DNA of 64,000 nt from an uncultured Ruminococcus sp. (GCA_964549435.1 CAZJVB010000004.1:6720-70719); one strand, 5' to 3'; counted from the first letter of the stretch, positions 11,356 through 21,461 are shown. Notes: generated by a model from the letters alone, not told the origin. A program made the numbers and translations.

Positions 11356-12118
11356 ACAATATGTGGGCGGCTTTGTATCTGTCAAAAGTATTATAGAATC
11401 CAAAAGTCGGAAGATTTTTCGAATTCTATTGGAACGGGAGCGCTATGCTTCCGTCTCCCGTTCCAATTTTCATGCACCGGAAAAAAGACAGTACACTTTT
11501 CTTCTTTCCACTGGAATTCCGGTAGAATACATAGAACGCGAGACTTTTGCCGATTTGATCGGCAGCTCCACTGCCGGCGGCATTGCGGCAGAAGTTGGCG
11601 AACGGGAATTTATACCCTTGAAAGAAATGCTTCAAAAAAAGAACGGATACTTCACCGTACTGGATGGTATTGAAGATCCGTTCAATTTTGGTTATGCGCT
11701 TCGCTCCCTTTACGCGGCGGGTGTAGACGGGGTAATACTGCCGGAACGCCAACTATTTATGGCGACGGAAATAATTGTCCGTTCTTCCGCCGGTGCTTCC
11801 GAATTACTTCCGTGTTGTGCAGTATCCGATTTAATGGAGACCTGCTTCCGCATGAAAGAAAAAGGAATCCAATTAATATCCACTGCTAAAAATGACCGTG
11901 CCAAAGATCTTTTCAAACAGTCATATCATAGACCGCTTTGCGTCATTTACGGAGGAGAAAAGCGCGGCATTTCTTCTGGAATCATAGATTTATGTGACAC
12001 CGTTGTCAAAATTCGCTATCCACGAAATTGTCACTATTCTCTATCGGCATGCAGTGCAATTTCAATTATTTCTTTTGAGATCGGCCGAAAAGTCGGTACT
12101 ATTCACGATATAAAATAG
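11348..12118 (+). CDS. TrmH/SpoU-family RNA 2'-O-methyltransferase (RlmB-like)
   Basis: LDGIEDPFNFGYALRSLYAAGVDGVILP and the C-terminal IYGGEKRGISSG...SLSACSAISIISFEI match SpoU methylase motifs. Confidence 0.75.
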   Translation: MNRQYVGGFVSVKSIIESKSRKIFRILLERERYASVSRSNFHAPEKRQYTFLLSTGIPVEYIERETFADLIGSSTAGGIAAEVGEREFIPLKEMLQKKNGYFTVLDGIEDPFNFGYALRSLYAAGVDGVILPERQLFMATEIIVRSSAGASELLPCCAVSDLMETCFRMKEKGIQLISTAKNDRAKDLFKQSYHRPLCVIYGGEKRGISSGIIDLCDTVVKIRYPRNCHYSLSACSAISIISFEIGRKVGTIHDIK

Positions 12119-12698
12119 GAACTTCGCCTACCACTAACGTTTCAGCAATTACGATATCAAATGAGATGGTATCTGTGTAGGCCTCCAACGGGGACAAGTA
12201 ATTTACAGCTACGATAAAATGAAGAACTACACGGTGAAGCGTTTGATTGATCCCGGCACTTTCCAGATGGCTTTGCAGCTCGCTGGCTATATTACCTGCA
12301 GAAACGGGTTTCACATGAATCAACGGTCCTTTGCCGGAAAGAAGTGCCGTTGAGGTAAGGTTTCCAAGCGGAATTCCGAATTCTGCGCTTTCGTAATTGC
12401 GGAGTACCTCTAATAAACGGACAGACAACTCGGAAGAGAGAAGCGAAAGCGAAACAGAATGTATTTGAATCGCTGTAACACGGTCAGATGCATCGCGAAC
12501 AACGGTCACATATTCTTCTGGATTTTCGCTCAAATGTTGATACAGCGCATTCTGGAATTCCAGAGATAGCATAGTATTGCCCTTTGATTGGGCAAAGATG
12601 CTCATTGATTCTTTCAGTCGAGCGGAAAAAGTTATGCCGCCGGCGATCAATAAGGAAACAAGTAAAACCAAAAAAATGATGCGTTTACATTTTTTCAT
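12099..12698 (-). CDS. yunB: Sporulation protein YunB
   Basis: N-terminal TM helix. The C-terminal region (GKGPLIHVKPVSAG...GINQTLHRVVL...AETLVVGEVP) resembles the YunB family. It is convergent with the methyltransferase gene and overlaps it by 20 nt. Confidence 0.65.
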   Translation of the reverse strand: MKKCKRIIFLVLLVSLLIAGGITFSARLKESMSIFAQSKGNTMLSLEFQNALYQHLSENPEEYVTVVRDASDRVTAIQIHSVSLSLLSSELSVRLLEVLRNYESAEFGIPLGNLTSTALLSGKGPLIHVKPVSAGNIASELQSHLESAGINQTLHRVVLHFIVAVNYLSPLEAYTDTISFDIVIAETLVVGEVPILYRE

Positions 12699-12815
12699 TT
12701 CGGATTAACTCCGTATGGTAATGATGATAGGAAGATGTTCTTAATCATATGCCGAAAAGATTTCAGGTATGCAACAGCCTGACGCGGAAGAAAAATCGGG
12801 AGGAGATATTTAGGT

Positions 12816-13946
12816 ATGTATTGGAGAAGAATAGTCGCTCTGTTTTTAGTTATCTGCCTCTTGGGGTTTACCTCTTGTATCGAAATACAGCAATCGGTTT
12901 CTGAGTTTGCTCAAGTTGCGAGCGATTTAACAGCGAATACTTCTGACAATTTATCTGAGAACAATCAACAGCTGACCGTACATTACTTCGATGTCGGACA
13001 AGGTGATTCCATCTTTTTAGAATTGCCGGACGGAACCTGCATGCTGATTGATGCTGCAGAAGCGGAATATGGTGCAAGGATTACGGAGGAAATCTGTTTA
13101 CTTGGTTATGAACATATCGATTATGTGATAGCTACGCATCCGCATGCGGATCATATCGGAGGCATGAAAACGGTTCTGAACACATTTTCCATTGGATGCT
13201 TGTACTTACCTGATGTCAGCGCATCTACATCGACATACATCGGTATGGCAGAAACCATTTTAGAATTGAATGTCAGGACGGAAGTTGCAAAAGCTGGTGT
13301 GGTAATTTTCGACACCGGCGAGTTGAGTGCAAAATTTTTGTCTCCGACGACAATTGATGAAACAGATCAAAACCGCAATTCCGCTGTCTTGCTCCTGTGT
13401 TTCGGAAATACTCGCTTTCTGTTTATGGGAGATGCGGATACATCCATAGAAAATACACTTGGTACACAAGTGAAATGCGATGTACTGAAGGTCGGTCACC
13501 ACGGTAGCCGCACAGCATCTGGCGAGCAGTTTTTGAAATATGCCGCTCCTGCATATGCAATCATCTCCTGCGGGGAGGGAAATTCTTACGGACATCCACA
13601 TCAGGAAACTCTGCAACGCTTAGAGGATTGCGGCGCAACGATTCTCCGCACCGACCTGTCAGGAACGATTACCGTGTGTTCTGACGGTGAACTTGTTAAG
13701 ATTTTAGAGCGAGAATCGCAGGAACCCGATTTCGGCATATCGGAAACCTTCTCAGAGATCTCCTCGGAAAATCCCGCATCGGTAGGAAATTGGATTTTGA
13801 ATACGTCTTCTAAAAAAATTCATCGGCCGAATTGTGAATACGCAGCTAAAATAGCGGCACAGAATCTTGAAAAATCGGAAAAGACTGTTGCTGAATTGAT
13901 GCAGGAAGGATATACTCCCTGCGGCTTTTGCAAGCCACAGGATTAG
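12816..13946 (+). CDS. Secreted ComEC/Rec2-related metallo-beta-lactamase-fold lipoprotein with a C-terminal Ada-like zinc-binding motif
   Basis: GGGAGGAG RBS and lipobox LLGFTSC. MBL motifs are HYFDVGQGDS, THPHADHIGG and KVGHHGS. The C-terminus is IHRPNC...GYTPCGFCKP. Confidence 0.75.
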   Translation: MYWRRIVALFLVICLLGFTSCIEIQQSVSEFAQVASDLTANTSDNLSENNQQLTVHYFDVGQGDSIFLELPDGTCMLIDAAEAEYGARITEEICLLGYEHIDYVIATHPHADHIGGMKTVLNTFSIGCLYLPDVSASTSTYIGMAETILELNVRTEVAKAGVVIFDTGELSAKFLSPTTIDETDQNRNSAVLLLCFGNTRFLFMGDADTSIENTLGTQVKCDVLKVGHHGSRTASGEQFLKYAAPAYAIISCGEGNSYGHPHQETLQRLEDCGATILRTDLSGTITVCSDGELVKILERESQEPDFGISETFSEISSENPASVGNWILNTSSKKIHRPNCEYAAKIAAQNLEKSEKTVAELMQEGYTPCGFCKPQD

Positions 13947-13965
13947 AACAGGGGAGGGAAGCATT

Positions 13966-14169
13966 TTGAAACTGATCATTGATCGTTTGGAGGATGGCTG
14001 GGCAGTTTGTGAATATGCAGAAGGAAAGACAATCGATCTTCCGGTTCTACTTCTACCGCCAGAGGCAAAAGAAGGAGATGTTTTGCGCTTAGTCGTGGAT
14101 ACGGAGACAACGACAAGTCGGAAACGAAGAGCGGAGGAACTTCGGAAACAACTTTTCAAGCGTAAATAG
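13966..14169 (+). CDS. DUF3006-like small protein
   Basis: TTG start 8 nt after a GGGGAGGGA RBS. 67 aa. The N-terminus is MKLIIDRLEDGWAVCEY...EGDVLRL. This family commonly follows ComEC-like MBL genes. Confidence 0.55.
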   Translation: MKLIIDRLEDGWAVCEYAEGKTIDLPVLLLPPEAKEGDVLRLVVDTETTTSRKRRAEELRKQLFKRK

Positions 14170-14206
14170 CGTTAAGAGCGCACATTTGCTTATTTCTGCT
14201 CAAAGC

Positions 14207-14240
14207 AATCGGAGGGTAATTTTCCCTCCGATTTTTTTCT
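14207..14240 (+). terminator. Rho-independent terminator
   Basis: AATCGGAGGG / CCCTCCGATT stem followed by a T-run. Confidence 0.75.
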
Positions 14241-14468
14241 TGCAATTTTCCAAATGACGCATATTGTTTTTTGTGCTCCGGAATTGTCGATCTATGCCAA
14301 TTCGAACCTGACAACTTGCACAAACAAGATCTTGCACATTTCGTTTTTAAAATCACAACATCCTGTTTTTTTGAGCTCTGGTTTACAAAGCAAACATAAT
14401 TCGGTTTACATAATAAATAAAAATAATCTAACAGTTTTAACGAAATTGAGTAAATTCTCGATTTGCTA

Positions 14469-14497
14469 TTGAATTTCCTTCCAAAAAGAGGTATGAT
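14469..14497 (+). promoter_or_regulatory. Sigma-A type promoter for proC
   Basis: TTGAAT, a 17-nt spacer, then TATGAT. It lies about 40 nt upstream of the proC ATG. Confidence 0.5.
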
Positions 14498-14537
14498 AAG
14501 AATACTTTCGAAAAATACGGAGGTATTTACGTAATTT

Positions 14538-15368
14538 ATGACAAGAAAGGAATATCATTTTGCTTTTATCGGAGCCGGAAATATGGGCGGCGCCATCATT
14601 CGTGGATTGATTTCCCGCAATATGCTCACACCCGCCCAAATAACGGTTTGCTGCAAAAGCCCAGATAGATATCCTGCATTTCGCCAGATCGGCATAAAAA
14701 CTGCTGATACCATTGCCGATGCAGTTACAGACTCTGATTTCATTTTTCTTTGTGTCAAACCGGGAACGATCCGGGAGGCCGTTGTTCAATGTCGGCAGGC
14801 AGACGGATATCGGAAAAACGCCATATTCGTTTCCATTGCCGCCTCCGTACCAATCGCTTTCATCTGCGAAGCTGCCTGTGATGAGATTCCTGTAATCCGT
14901 ACAATGCCGAGTATGCCGTTGCAAGTCGGGGAAGGCACCGTTGCGGTATGTAAAAATGAGTTGGTGCCTAAAAAAGCTTTTGAGTATATTTGTAGAATCC
15001 TATCAGCCATTGCGACAGTATCTGTTATGGACGAATCTTATCTGAATGCTGTCATTTCGGTCAACGGCTCTTCGCCTGCTTATGTGTATTTATTTATCAA
15101 GTCGCTGCTTGACGGTGCTATGGCGCAGGGAATTTCGGCGGAGCAGGCGTTGCCGCTGATCTTGCGTACAATCATTGGTTCTGTCAAGATGGTGGAGCAA
15201 TCAGATTGTTCCATCGAAGAGCAAATACGGCGCGTATGCTCGCCCGGCGGCACTACGTTGGCGGCTATGCAGGTCTTGAAAGAAGCAAATTTTACTGATA
15301 TCATCACGCGGGCAATGGAAGCCTGTACGAAACGTGCTGATGAAATTTCAGATGCATTGAAGGCATAA
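14538..15368 (+). CDS. proC: Pyrroline-5-carboxylate reductase
   Basis: Rossmann motif FIGAGNMGGAI. It also has the conserved VNGSSPAY and CSPGGTT motifs. Confidence 0.9.
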   Translation: MTRKEYHFAFIGAGNMGGAIIRGLISRNMLTPAQITVCCKSPDRYPAFRQIGIKTADTIADAVTDSDFIFLCVKPGTIREAVVQCRQADGYRKNAIFVSIAASVPIAFICEAACDEIPVIRTMPSMPLQVGEGTVAVCKNELVPKKAFEYICRILSAIATVSVMDESYLNAVISVNGSSPAYVYLFIKSLLDGAMAQGISAEQALPLILRTIIGSVKMVEQSDCSIEEQIRRVCSPGGTTLAAMQVLKEANFTDIITRAMEACTKRADEISDALKA

Positions 15369-15408
15369 ATGTTTAACTAAGCCGCATAAGGTGTGCTGAG
15401 GTGATTTT

Positions 15409-15993
15409 ATGAATGCACAGGACATTCCTGTTCGTGCTGTCGTACCATACCAAGCTCCTTCTTGTGGTTTCGCGGCTATGACATTGACATGGATTCGCCG
15501 TCTTTCCTCCGCAGCGGACAACCTATTCCGGACGAGGAGACGTATTTATCTTTTCGGTATTCTTTTAGTAGCTTTTGGGATCCTTGTCGGTGGCTATTTT
15601 ACTTCTGTCAGTAAACTGCATCCGGATATAGCTCTTGCAATTCAGGCAGCGCAGATTTTAATCCCGACGATCTTTTTTACCGGCGTCACAGTTTTTGGCG
15701 TTTTGATGATTCCTGTAAGCCTTCTGTGCTTTTCTTTTCTGTGTGGCTGTGCAGTAAATACTGTATTGTTTTCTTCCGTACAGGGTGTTCTGTGCCTTGG
15801 AATTTTACTATTGCTATACATGCTGTTACTGCTATTCTCTGCTGAAGCATTTCTCTCCTCCTGTCGTTCTTTTGCCGGATGGAAAGCAATGTTTGCTTGT
15901 AAATCTTTTATTGCGTTCATAATCCTCTTTATCCTTACCCTGTGTTGGGGGAACGCTTCCGAATTTTTCCTTTCCTCTCTGATCCCATTGTAA
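15409..15993 (+). CDS. Polytopic membrane protein, possibly stage II sporulation protein M (SpoIIM-like)
   Basis: 194 aa with about 5 hydrophobic segments. Its size and its position directly upstream of xerD match the SpoIIM context in Firmicutes. I could not confirm a diagnostic motif. Confidence 0.35.
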   Translation: MNAQDIPVRAVVPYQAPSCGFAAMTLTWIRRLSSAADNLFRTRRRIYLFGILLVAFGILVGGYFTSVSKLHPDIALAIQAAQILIPTIFFTGVTVFGVLMIPVSLLCFSFLCGCAVNTVLFSSVQGVLCLGILLLLYMLLLLFSAEAFLSSCRSFAGWKAMFACKSFIAFIILFILTLCWGNASEFFLSSLIPL

Positions 15994-16018
15994 CGAATAT
16001 ATAATTTTGGAGTTTGCC

Positions 16019-16924
16019 ATGCAAATTGTATCCGGAGAACTGATATTACAATTGAATAGCTATCTGGATTATTTGTCAGAGGTCAAACACTCTTCTGCGA
16101 ATACCCTGCAAGCGTACCGCCGGGATCTTGAAAAGTTTTACGGCTTTGCCAATCTCAGGGGTATGGAAAATTTTTCAGAGATGAAAATCGAAGATGTAGA
16201 ACAGTATAAAATTTATTTGGCATCGACGGGACTTTCTGCTTCTTCTATTAGTCGATCCCTTTCTGCTTTACGCAGTTTGTTCCAATATTTACTTTCTGAA
16301 GGAGCCGTTGCAAGTAATCCTGCTCGCTGCGTTCACAATGATAAGGCTACACATAGGGAAATGAATATTCTTTCTTCCAAAGAAGTGGAAACATTGTTGG
16401 CGCAGCCGGACACTAACGATATTAAGGGGCTGCGTGACAAAGCCATGTTAGAGCTTTTGTATGCTACTGGCATCAAAGTCTCTGAGTTGATCGGGTTAAA
16501 TGTTTCCGATATAAACACAAATCTTTCGTATGTTCGTTGCGGAGGCGAAAAAAAAGAACGTATTATTCCTCTATACCCTGTAGCTCTGCGGGCGATTAAA
16601 AATTATCTGGACAAGTCCAGAAAGTTGCTTGCAGCAGGGACAGGAGAAACTGCTTTGTTTGTGAATATCTCCGGAGAACGTATGACGAGGCAGGGTTTTT
16701 GGAAAATACTGAAAGGCTATGTAAAATCGGCAAATATAAAAAAAGATATTACGCCTCATACACTTCGTCATTCCTTTGCAACACATTTGCTTGAAAATGG
16801 AGCGGATATTCACGATATTCAGGAGATCTTAGGTCATCGAGATCTCTCTTCTACGCAAAGATATACACAATATTTAAAAGAGAAGATGAAAAGCGGCTAT
16901 ATAAAGTATCATCCGAGGGCTTAA
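16019..16924 (+). CDS. xerD: Tyrosine site-specific recombinase XerD/XerC
   Basis: ATG 16019 lies 6 nt after GGAG; the track start at 16007 is a TTG. It has the N-terminal SAM-like domain, the C-terminal HTLRHSFATHLLENGADI...LGH...TQRYT motif and the catalytic Tyr. Confidence 0.85.
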   Translation: MQIVSGELILQLNSYLDYLSEVKHSSANTLQAYRRDLEKFYGFANLRGMENFSEMKIEDVEQYKIYLASTGLSASSISRSLSALRSLFQYLLSEGAVASNPARCVHNDKATHREMNILSSKEVETLLAQPDTNDIKGLRDKAMLELLYATGIKVSELIGLNVSDINTNLSYVRCGGEKKERIIPLYPVALRAIKNYLDKSRKLLAAGTGETALFVNISGERMTRQGFWKILKGYVKSANIKKDITPHTLRHSFATHLLENGADIHDIQEILGHRDLSSTQRYTQYLKEKMKSGYIKYHPRA

Positions 16925-16928
16925 AAAT

Positions 16929-17924
16929 ATGAGCAAAAACAAGATTTTTAATTTCTTCTCCGGAAGCGAAAATAAGAGCGGGCGCGGCGTTACCAAAAAG
17001 CAAGTGGAACGTGATAAAAAAATGGGAGTTTCGTTCTTCTTCCGCCTTTTGAAAAATCGGCTTGCCAATCTTTCTTCTACCAGTTTATTTTTTTCTCTTT
17101 GTAATTTTCCGATTTTTCTGTTTTTGTTCGGTATCTCCGGAAATCTGGATCATAGCGTTCCGGCTCCTTCTACCCCTCTATATGCGCAGCTTTACGGTTT
17201 GGAGACAGCAGGGGAGACGAGCCCGTTACTTGCCGCTTTACATGGCATGTTTGGAATCAACGCGACTGCTTCTATTGTTTCCAACGGTTCTAAAATCCTG
17301 ATGTATTCCGCATTACTTCTGATTTTCACCTTCGGTTTGTCCACCATTGGTTCCGTTTATAATTTTCGAAGCATTATTCGCTGTGACCCCCTTTCTCCCT
17401 GGAGTGAAGCCTTTTCATCTATACGTCGGAACTTTCGGCAGGGATTTCCGATTGCGATATTGGATGCGGTCGTAGTCTTATTTCTTGGCTATGATCTTAT
17501 GGCCTATTATGTGAATGCAGGAAACTTTATGATGCAGATACTGTTTGATATCATTCTGTTTTTTTCATTGGTTTACTTCATGATGCGATCTTATATCTAT
17601 TTAATTCTTATCACGTTTGATATGAAGTTATCTAAAGTTCTGAAAAATGCATTTTTGCTCACATTTCTCGGCTGGAAAAGAAGTCTGCTTTGTATTTTAA
17701 CTTCTGCGGCTACCATTTTGATTAGTTTCTTTATCTATATGTTACTGCCATATTTTGGAATTCTGCTACCTTTCGTATTTACTTTTGGCTTTTTAATTTA
17801 CACTGGAGTCTATTTTGCTTATCCCATTATAGAAAAATATATGATAGAACCATATTATCGGGAGCACCCTGAAGAGCTTCCGGAAGAAGAGGAAGTCGAA
17901 ACTATCTTTCAGGATCGAGGATAA
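16929..17924 (+). CDS. DUF624/YesL-like integral membrane protein
   Basis: 331 aa with multiple TM segments. The N-terminal region resembles the YesL family. The C-terminal tail is acidic. Confidence 0.4.
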   Translation: MSKNKIFNFFSGSENKSGRGVTKKQVERDKKMGVSFFFRLLKNRLANLSSTSLFFSLCNFPIFLFLFGISGNLDHSVPAPSTPLYAQLYGLETAGETSPLLAALHGMFGINATASIVSNGSKILMYSALLLIFTFGLSTIGSVYNFRSIIRCDPLSPWSEAFSSIRRNFRQGFPIAILDAVVVLFLGYDLMAYYVNAGNFMMQILFDIILFFSLVYFMMRSYIYLILITFDMKLSKVLKNAFLLTFLGWKRSLLCILTSAATILISFFIYMLLPYFGILLPFVFTFGFLIYTGVYFAYPIIEKYMIEPYYREHPEELPEEEEVETIFQDRG

Positions 17925-17932
17925 CATCGGTC

Positions 17933-17969
17933 AAAAAATCCCACAATATACTATTGTGGGATTTTGTTT
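17933..17969 (+). terminator. Rho-independent terminator
   Basis: AATCCCACAAT / ATTGTGGGATT stem followed by TTGTTTG. It overlaps the TTG start proposed by the ORF track, which supports ATG 17979 as the true start of the next gene. Confidence 0.65.
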
Positions 17970-17978
17970 GGAGCATGT

Positions 17979-19730
17979 ATGAAACAGAAGCAATCTACTT
18001 TGAAACAGCTTTCATCCTATTTGCATCCTTTTCTTTGGAAATGCATTGTCGGTCCATTATTCAAATTATTAGAAGCTATTTTAGAATTATATATGCCTCT
18101 TCGGCTCGCAAGAGTGATTGATCGTGTTTTAGCTATGCAGGCGGCAGGGGAGTCCTATTCGGAATATGTTCTTCGGGAAGGCCTGTTCCTTATCGGAATT
18201 GTTGCGTGCGGACTTTGTTCGGCAATCGTCTGTCAGTATCTTGCTAGTCAAGTATCGCAAGGATACGGTACCAAACTGCGTGATGTTCTTTATCGGAAAA
18301 TCCAGTCGCTGTCGCATCGGAACATTGATTCTTTCGGAACGCCTTCACTGACTAACCGTTTGACCTCGGATGTAAATTCTTTGCAAAATGCCGTTGCCAT
18401 GCTAATTCGACTGGTCATTCGTGCGCCTTTTTTATGCATCGGCGGTATTATCATGGCATTTACTATCAATTGGAGATTAGCACTTGTTATCCTTGGAGCT
18501 ATTCCGCTCTTTCTATTGGCAATGGTTTTGATAACTGTTAAAAGTGTACCACTTCATGTAGAAACGCAGAAAAAAAATGACCGTCTTGCGTCTATTTTGA
18601 GAGAAAATCTTTCCGGTGTTCGAGTAATCCGCGCCTTTACAAGAACAAATGAACAGTGCAAACGGTATGGGGATGCTGCAGATGATAGTATGAAGGCAGC
18701 GATTCGCGCAGGGAAAATCGGCATCTTGCTGAATCCGTTGACGCAGTTGATTATGAATTTGGCAATTGTAGCAGTGCTCGCAATCAGCGGCGTCAGCGCG
18801 CCGAAATATGGAGATATCACTAGCGGTGATATGATTGCACTGATCAACTATGTCAATCAGATTCTTGCAGCCTTAGTCATTGTTGCCAACCTGATTATTC
18901 TGTTTTCCAAAGCATATGCTTCTGGTAAGCGCGTCTGCGAGGTCTTGAACACAACTTCGGATATCATTGAAGGTGCAGAACTCGAGGGACTACCGGAAGC
19001 TCCGGCGGTTACTTTTCGTGATGTATCGTTCGCCTATCATGGGAAGCATGTTTTAGAACACATTTCATTTGTTGCAGAAAAAGGAACGACCGTTGGGATT
19101 ATCGGCGGCACTGGTTCAGGTAAAACAACATTGACACATTTGATTTCCCGATTCTATGATTGCACGGAAGGGGAGGTGCTTGTAGACGGCGTGAATGTAC
19201 GTGAGTATTCCTTAGAAGCCTTGCGAAATAAAATTGCGGTTGTGCCGCAAAATATACAGTTATTTTCTGGAACGGTTGCGTCCAATCTTTCAATTGGAAA
19301 ACAAGATGCCACGCAGGAAGAACTCGAATTCGCTGCCAAGGTGGCGCAAGCAGATACTTTTATCTTGGAAAAGGATGGCGGCTATCAAGGAATCGTTACA
19401 CGTGGAGGTAAGAATTTCAGCGGGGGACAGCGTCAAAGACTTGCAATCGCGCGTGCAATCGTTTCCCGTAGCAGCATCATAATTTTTGATGATGCTACCA
19501 GCGCGCTTGATTATGCAACAGATGCAGCTGTTCGTCAAGGTATTCGGGCACAATTAAAAAATACAACGCTGTTTATGATTTCTCAGCGCGTCAGCACGGT
19601 GAAGGAGGCAGATTTGATTCTTGTTATGGAGAATGGCTGTCTGGTGGGAGCCGGTAAGCATCAGGTGCTTTATAACTCTTGTGATACGTATCGCGAGATT
19701 TGTCATTCACAAGGGATTGTGAGGGAATAA
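17979..19730 (+). CDS. ABC exporter, fused TMD-NBD, heterodimer subunit carrying the degenerate Walker B (FDDATS)
   Basis: Six-TM exporter domain. Walker A is GGTGSGKTT, the signature is FSGGQRQRLAIARA, and Walker B is followed by Asp instead of Glu. Confidence 0.85.
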   Translation: MKQKQSTLKQLSSYLHPFLWKCIVGPLFKLLEAILELYMPLRLARVIDRVLAMQAAGESYSEYVLREGLFLIGIVACGLCSAIVCQYLASQVSQGYGTKLRDVLYRKIQSLSHRNIDSFGTPSLTNRLTSDVNSLQNAVAMLIRLVIRAPFLCIGGIIMAFTINWRLALVILGAIPLFLLAMVLITVKSVPLHVETQKKNDRLASILRENLSGVRVIRAFTRTNEQCKRYGDAADDSMKAAIRAGKIGILLNPLTQLIMNLAIVAVLAISGVSAPKYGDITSGDMIALINYVNQILAALVIVANLIILFSKAYASGKRVCEVLNTTSDIIEGAELEGLPEAPAVTFRDVSFAYHGKHVLEHISFVAEKGTTVGIIGGTGSGKTTLTHLISRFYDCTEGEVLVDGVNVREYSLEALRNKIAVVPQNIQLFSGTVASNLSIGKQDATQEELEFAAKVAQADTFILEKDGGYQGIVTRGGKNFSGGQRQRLAIARAIVSRSSIIIFDDATSALDYATDAAVRQGIRAQLKNTTLFMISQRVSTVKEADLILVMENGCLVGAGKHQVLYNSCDTYREICHSQGIVRE

Positions 19731-19748
19731 GAAAGGATAGTTTCTAGT

Positions 19749-21461
19749 ATGAAAGACGGTACGATCAAGCGATTGCTTCAGTATCTTAGCTCAAGCAAAA
19801 AGAAGCTGCTTTTGATGTTTTTTTTCATTTTGATCGGTAATATCTCTCTTTTGATCGCACCAAAATGGATTGGTACGGTCATTGATTCTATTTTAGAAAA
19901 TAAGCAATGGGGAAGTACATTGCTTTGCATTCTTGCTGCATATGCTTGTGGCGCTTTTTTCCTTTGGGCAAGCTCCCGTTTGTCCATATATATTTCCAAT
20001 GTCGCGGCAACCACTTTGCGTAAAGCGCTATTTGATAAATTATCCAAACTTCCGCTTTCCTTTTTTGATAAAACGCCGCACGGAGATATTATCAGCCGAT
20101 TTTCCAATGATATTGATGCGGTAAGTGATGGTTTAAATAGCAGTATTGTGCAACTGATTTCCGGTATTTCGTCCATCTTGATTTCACTCGGTTTTATGCT
20201 GTATTTGGATGCGCGGGTCACTATTGTCGTATTGGTAACAACACCTTTGTGCTTTTTTGTCGGGAGGGCAATTACAAAATACGGCAAAAAGCGATTTCAG
20301 GAGCAGGCAAAAATTCTTGGTGATGTAAACGCTTATGCAGAAGAAATGATCGGATATTCCCACACAGTAAAAATTTTTCGTTATGAGCAAAACTCAGCAG
20401 AGGAATTTAACCGTTTAAACCAAACCCTCTATCAAGCTGGTTATCGTGCACAATTTGCCTCGGCATTGGTTAATCCGACAACTCGATTTGTGAACAACAC
20501 GGCATATGTATTGGTAGGAATTTTTGCGCTTCTTGTTCAAATGACCCCCGGTAATATTGCCGCCTTCCTTTCCTATATGTCACAGTTTTCCAAACCTTTT
20601 AACGAAATCACGTCTATTACGATGCAGATTCAAGCTGCTTTAGCATCAGCACGACGTTTATTCGAGTTATTTGACGTAGAAGAAATGTATCCGGATTGTA
20701 CTCTCAATGAATCCTTTCAACCAAAAGGAGAAATTTGCTTTGAGCATGTTACGTTTTCATACGTTCCTGAAAAACCTTTGATAAGGGATTTCAGCATGAA
20801 AATTCCTGCCGGTACACAGGTGGCGATTGTTGGTCCGACGGGCGCAGGGAAAACAACTATCGTCAATCTTTTAATGAGATTTTACGAATTAAACGCCGGG
20901 AAAATCACAATAGATGGAAAAAATATTCACGATATGCCACGTGATAGTCTTCGCGAGCTATTCGGTATGGTTTTACAGGAAACTTGGCTTTTCGCAGGCA
21001 CAGTCCGTGAAAATTTGCTTTTCGCCAGACCTGCTGCATCAGATCAAGAGATGATTGATGCAGCAAAGGCTGCACATGCACATTCTTTCATAGAGAGATT
21101 GCCTAACGGTTATGATACCATGCTAGAAGAGGATGGCAGCAATCTCTCTGCCGGCCAAAAACAGTTGCTTACAATTGCAAGAGTGATGTTAGCAAATCGT
21201 CCCATGCTGATCTTGGATGAGGCAACAAGCAATGTGGATATTGTTACAGAAATGAAAATCTCTCAAACTTTCCGGGAAATTATGAAGGGTAAAACGACAT
21301 TCATTATTGCACATCGACTTTCTACTATTCGGGAATGCAGCATAATCTTGGTTTTAGATAAAGGAGATGTGGTCGAATACGGAACTCATGAAGAATTATT
21401 GGCCAACCATTCGGTTTATGAAAACCTTTATCTATCTCAATTCCAACATGATGCGACATGA
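19749..21461 (+). CDS. ABC exporter, fused TMD-NBD, heterodimer partner with canonical Walker B-Glu and a deviant signature (LSAGQKQ)
   Basis: Walker A GPTGAGKTT, LILDEATSNVD and LSAGQKQLLTIARV. Confidence 0.85.
   Translation: MKDGTIKRLLQYLSSSKKKLLLMFFFILIGNISLLIAPKWIGTVIDSILENKQWGSTLLCILAAYACGAFFLWASSRLSIYISNVAATTLRKALFDKLSKLPLSFFDKTPHGDIISRFSNDIDAVSDGLNSSIVQLISGISSILISLGFMLYLDARVTIVVLVTTPLCFFVGRAITKYGKKRFQEQAKILGDVNAYAEEMIGYSHTVKIFRYEQNSAEEFNRLNQTLYQAGYRAQFASALVNPTTRFVNNTAYVLVGIFALLVQMTPGNIAAFLSYMSQFSKPFNEITSITMQIQAALASARRLFELFDVEEMYPDCTLNESFQPKGEICFEHVTFSYVPEKPLIRDFSMKIPAGTQVAIVGPTGAGKTTIVNLLMRFYELNAGKITIDGKNIHDMPRDSLRELFGMVLQETWLFAGTVRENLLFARPAASDQEMIDAAKAAHAHSFIERLPNGYDTMLEEDGSNLSAGQKQLLTIARVMLANRPMLILDEATSNVDIVTEMKISQTFREIMKGKTTFIIAHRLSTIRECSIILVLDKGDVVEYGTHEELLANHSVYENLYLSQFQHDAT

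Noticed and set aside
14254-14472. 72-aa ORF in the 368-nt gap upstream of proC, and the possibility of a structured leader or T-box
   Set aside because: The region is AT-rich promoter-like DNA. I found no RBS, no T-box consensus (GGTGGTACCGCG-like) and no conserved helices. The proC promoter lies at its 3' end.
16019-16924. Tyrosine recombinase as a marker of a mobile element
   Set aside because: The sequence and its context (SpoIIM-like neighbour, housekeeping flanks, no att-like repeats, no phage or transposon genes) fit chromosomal XerD/XerC.
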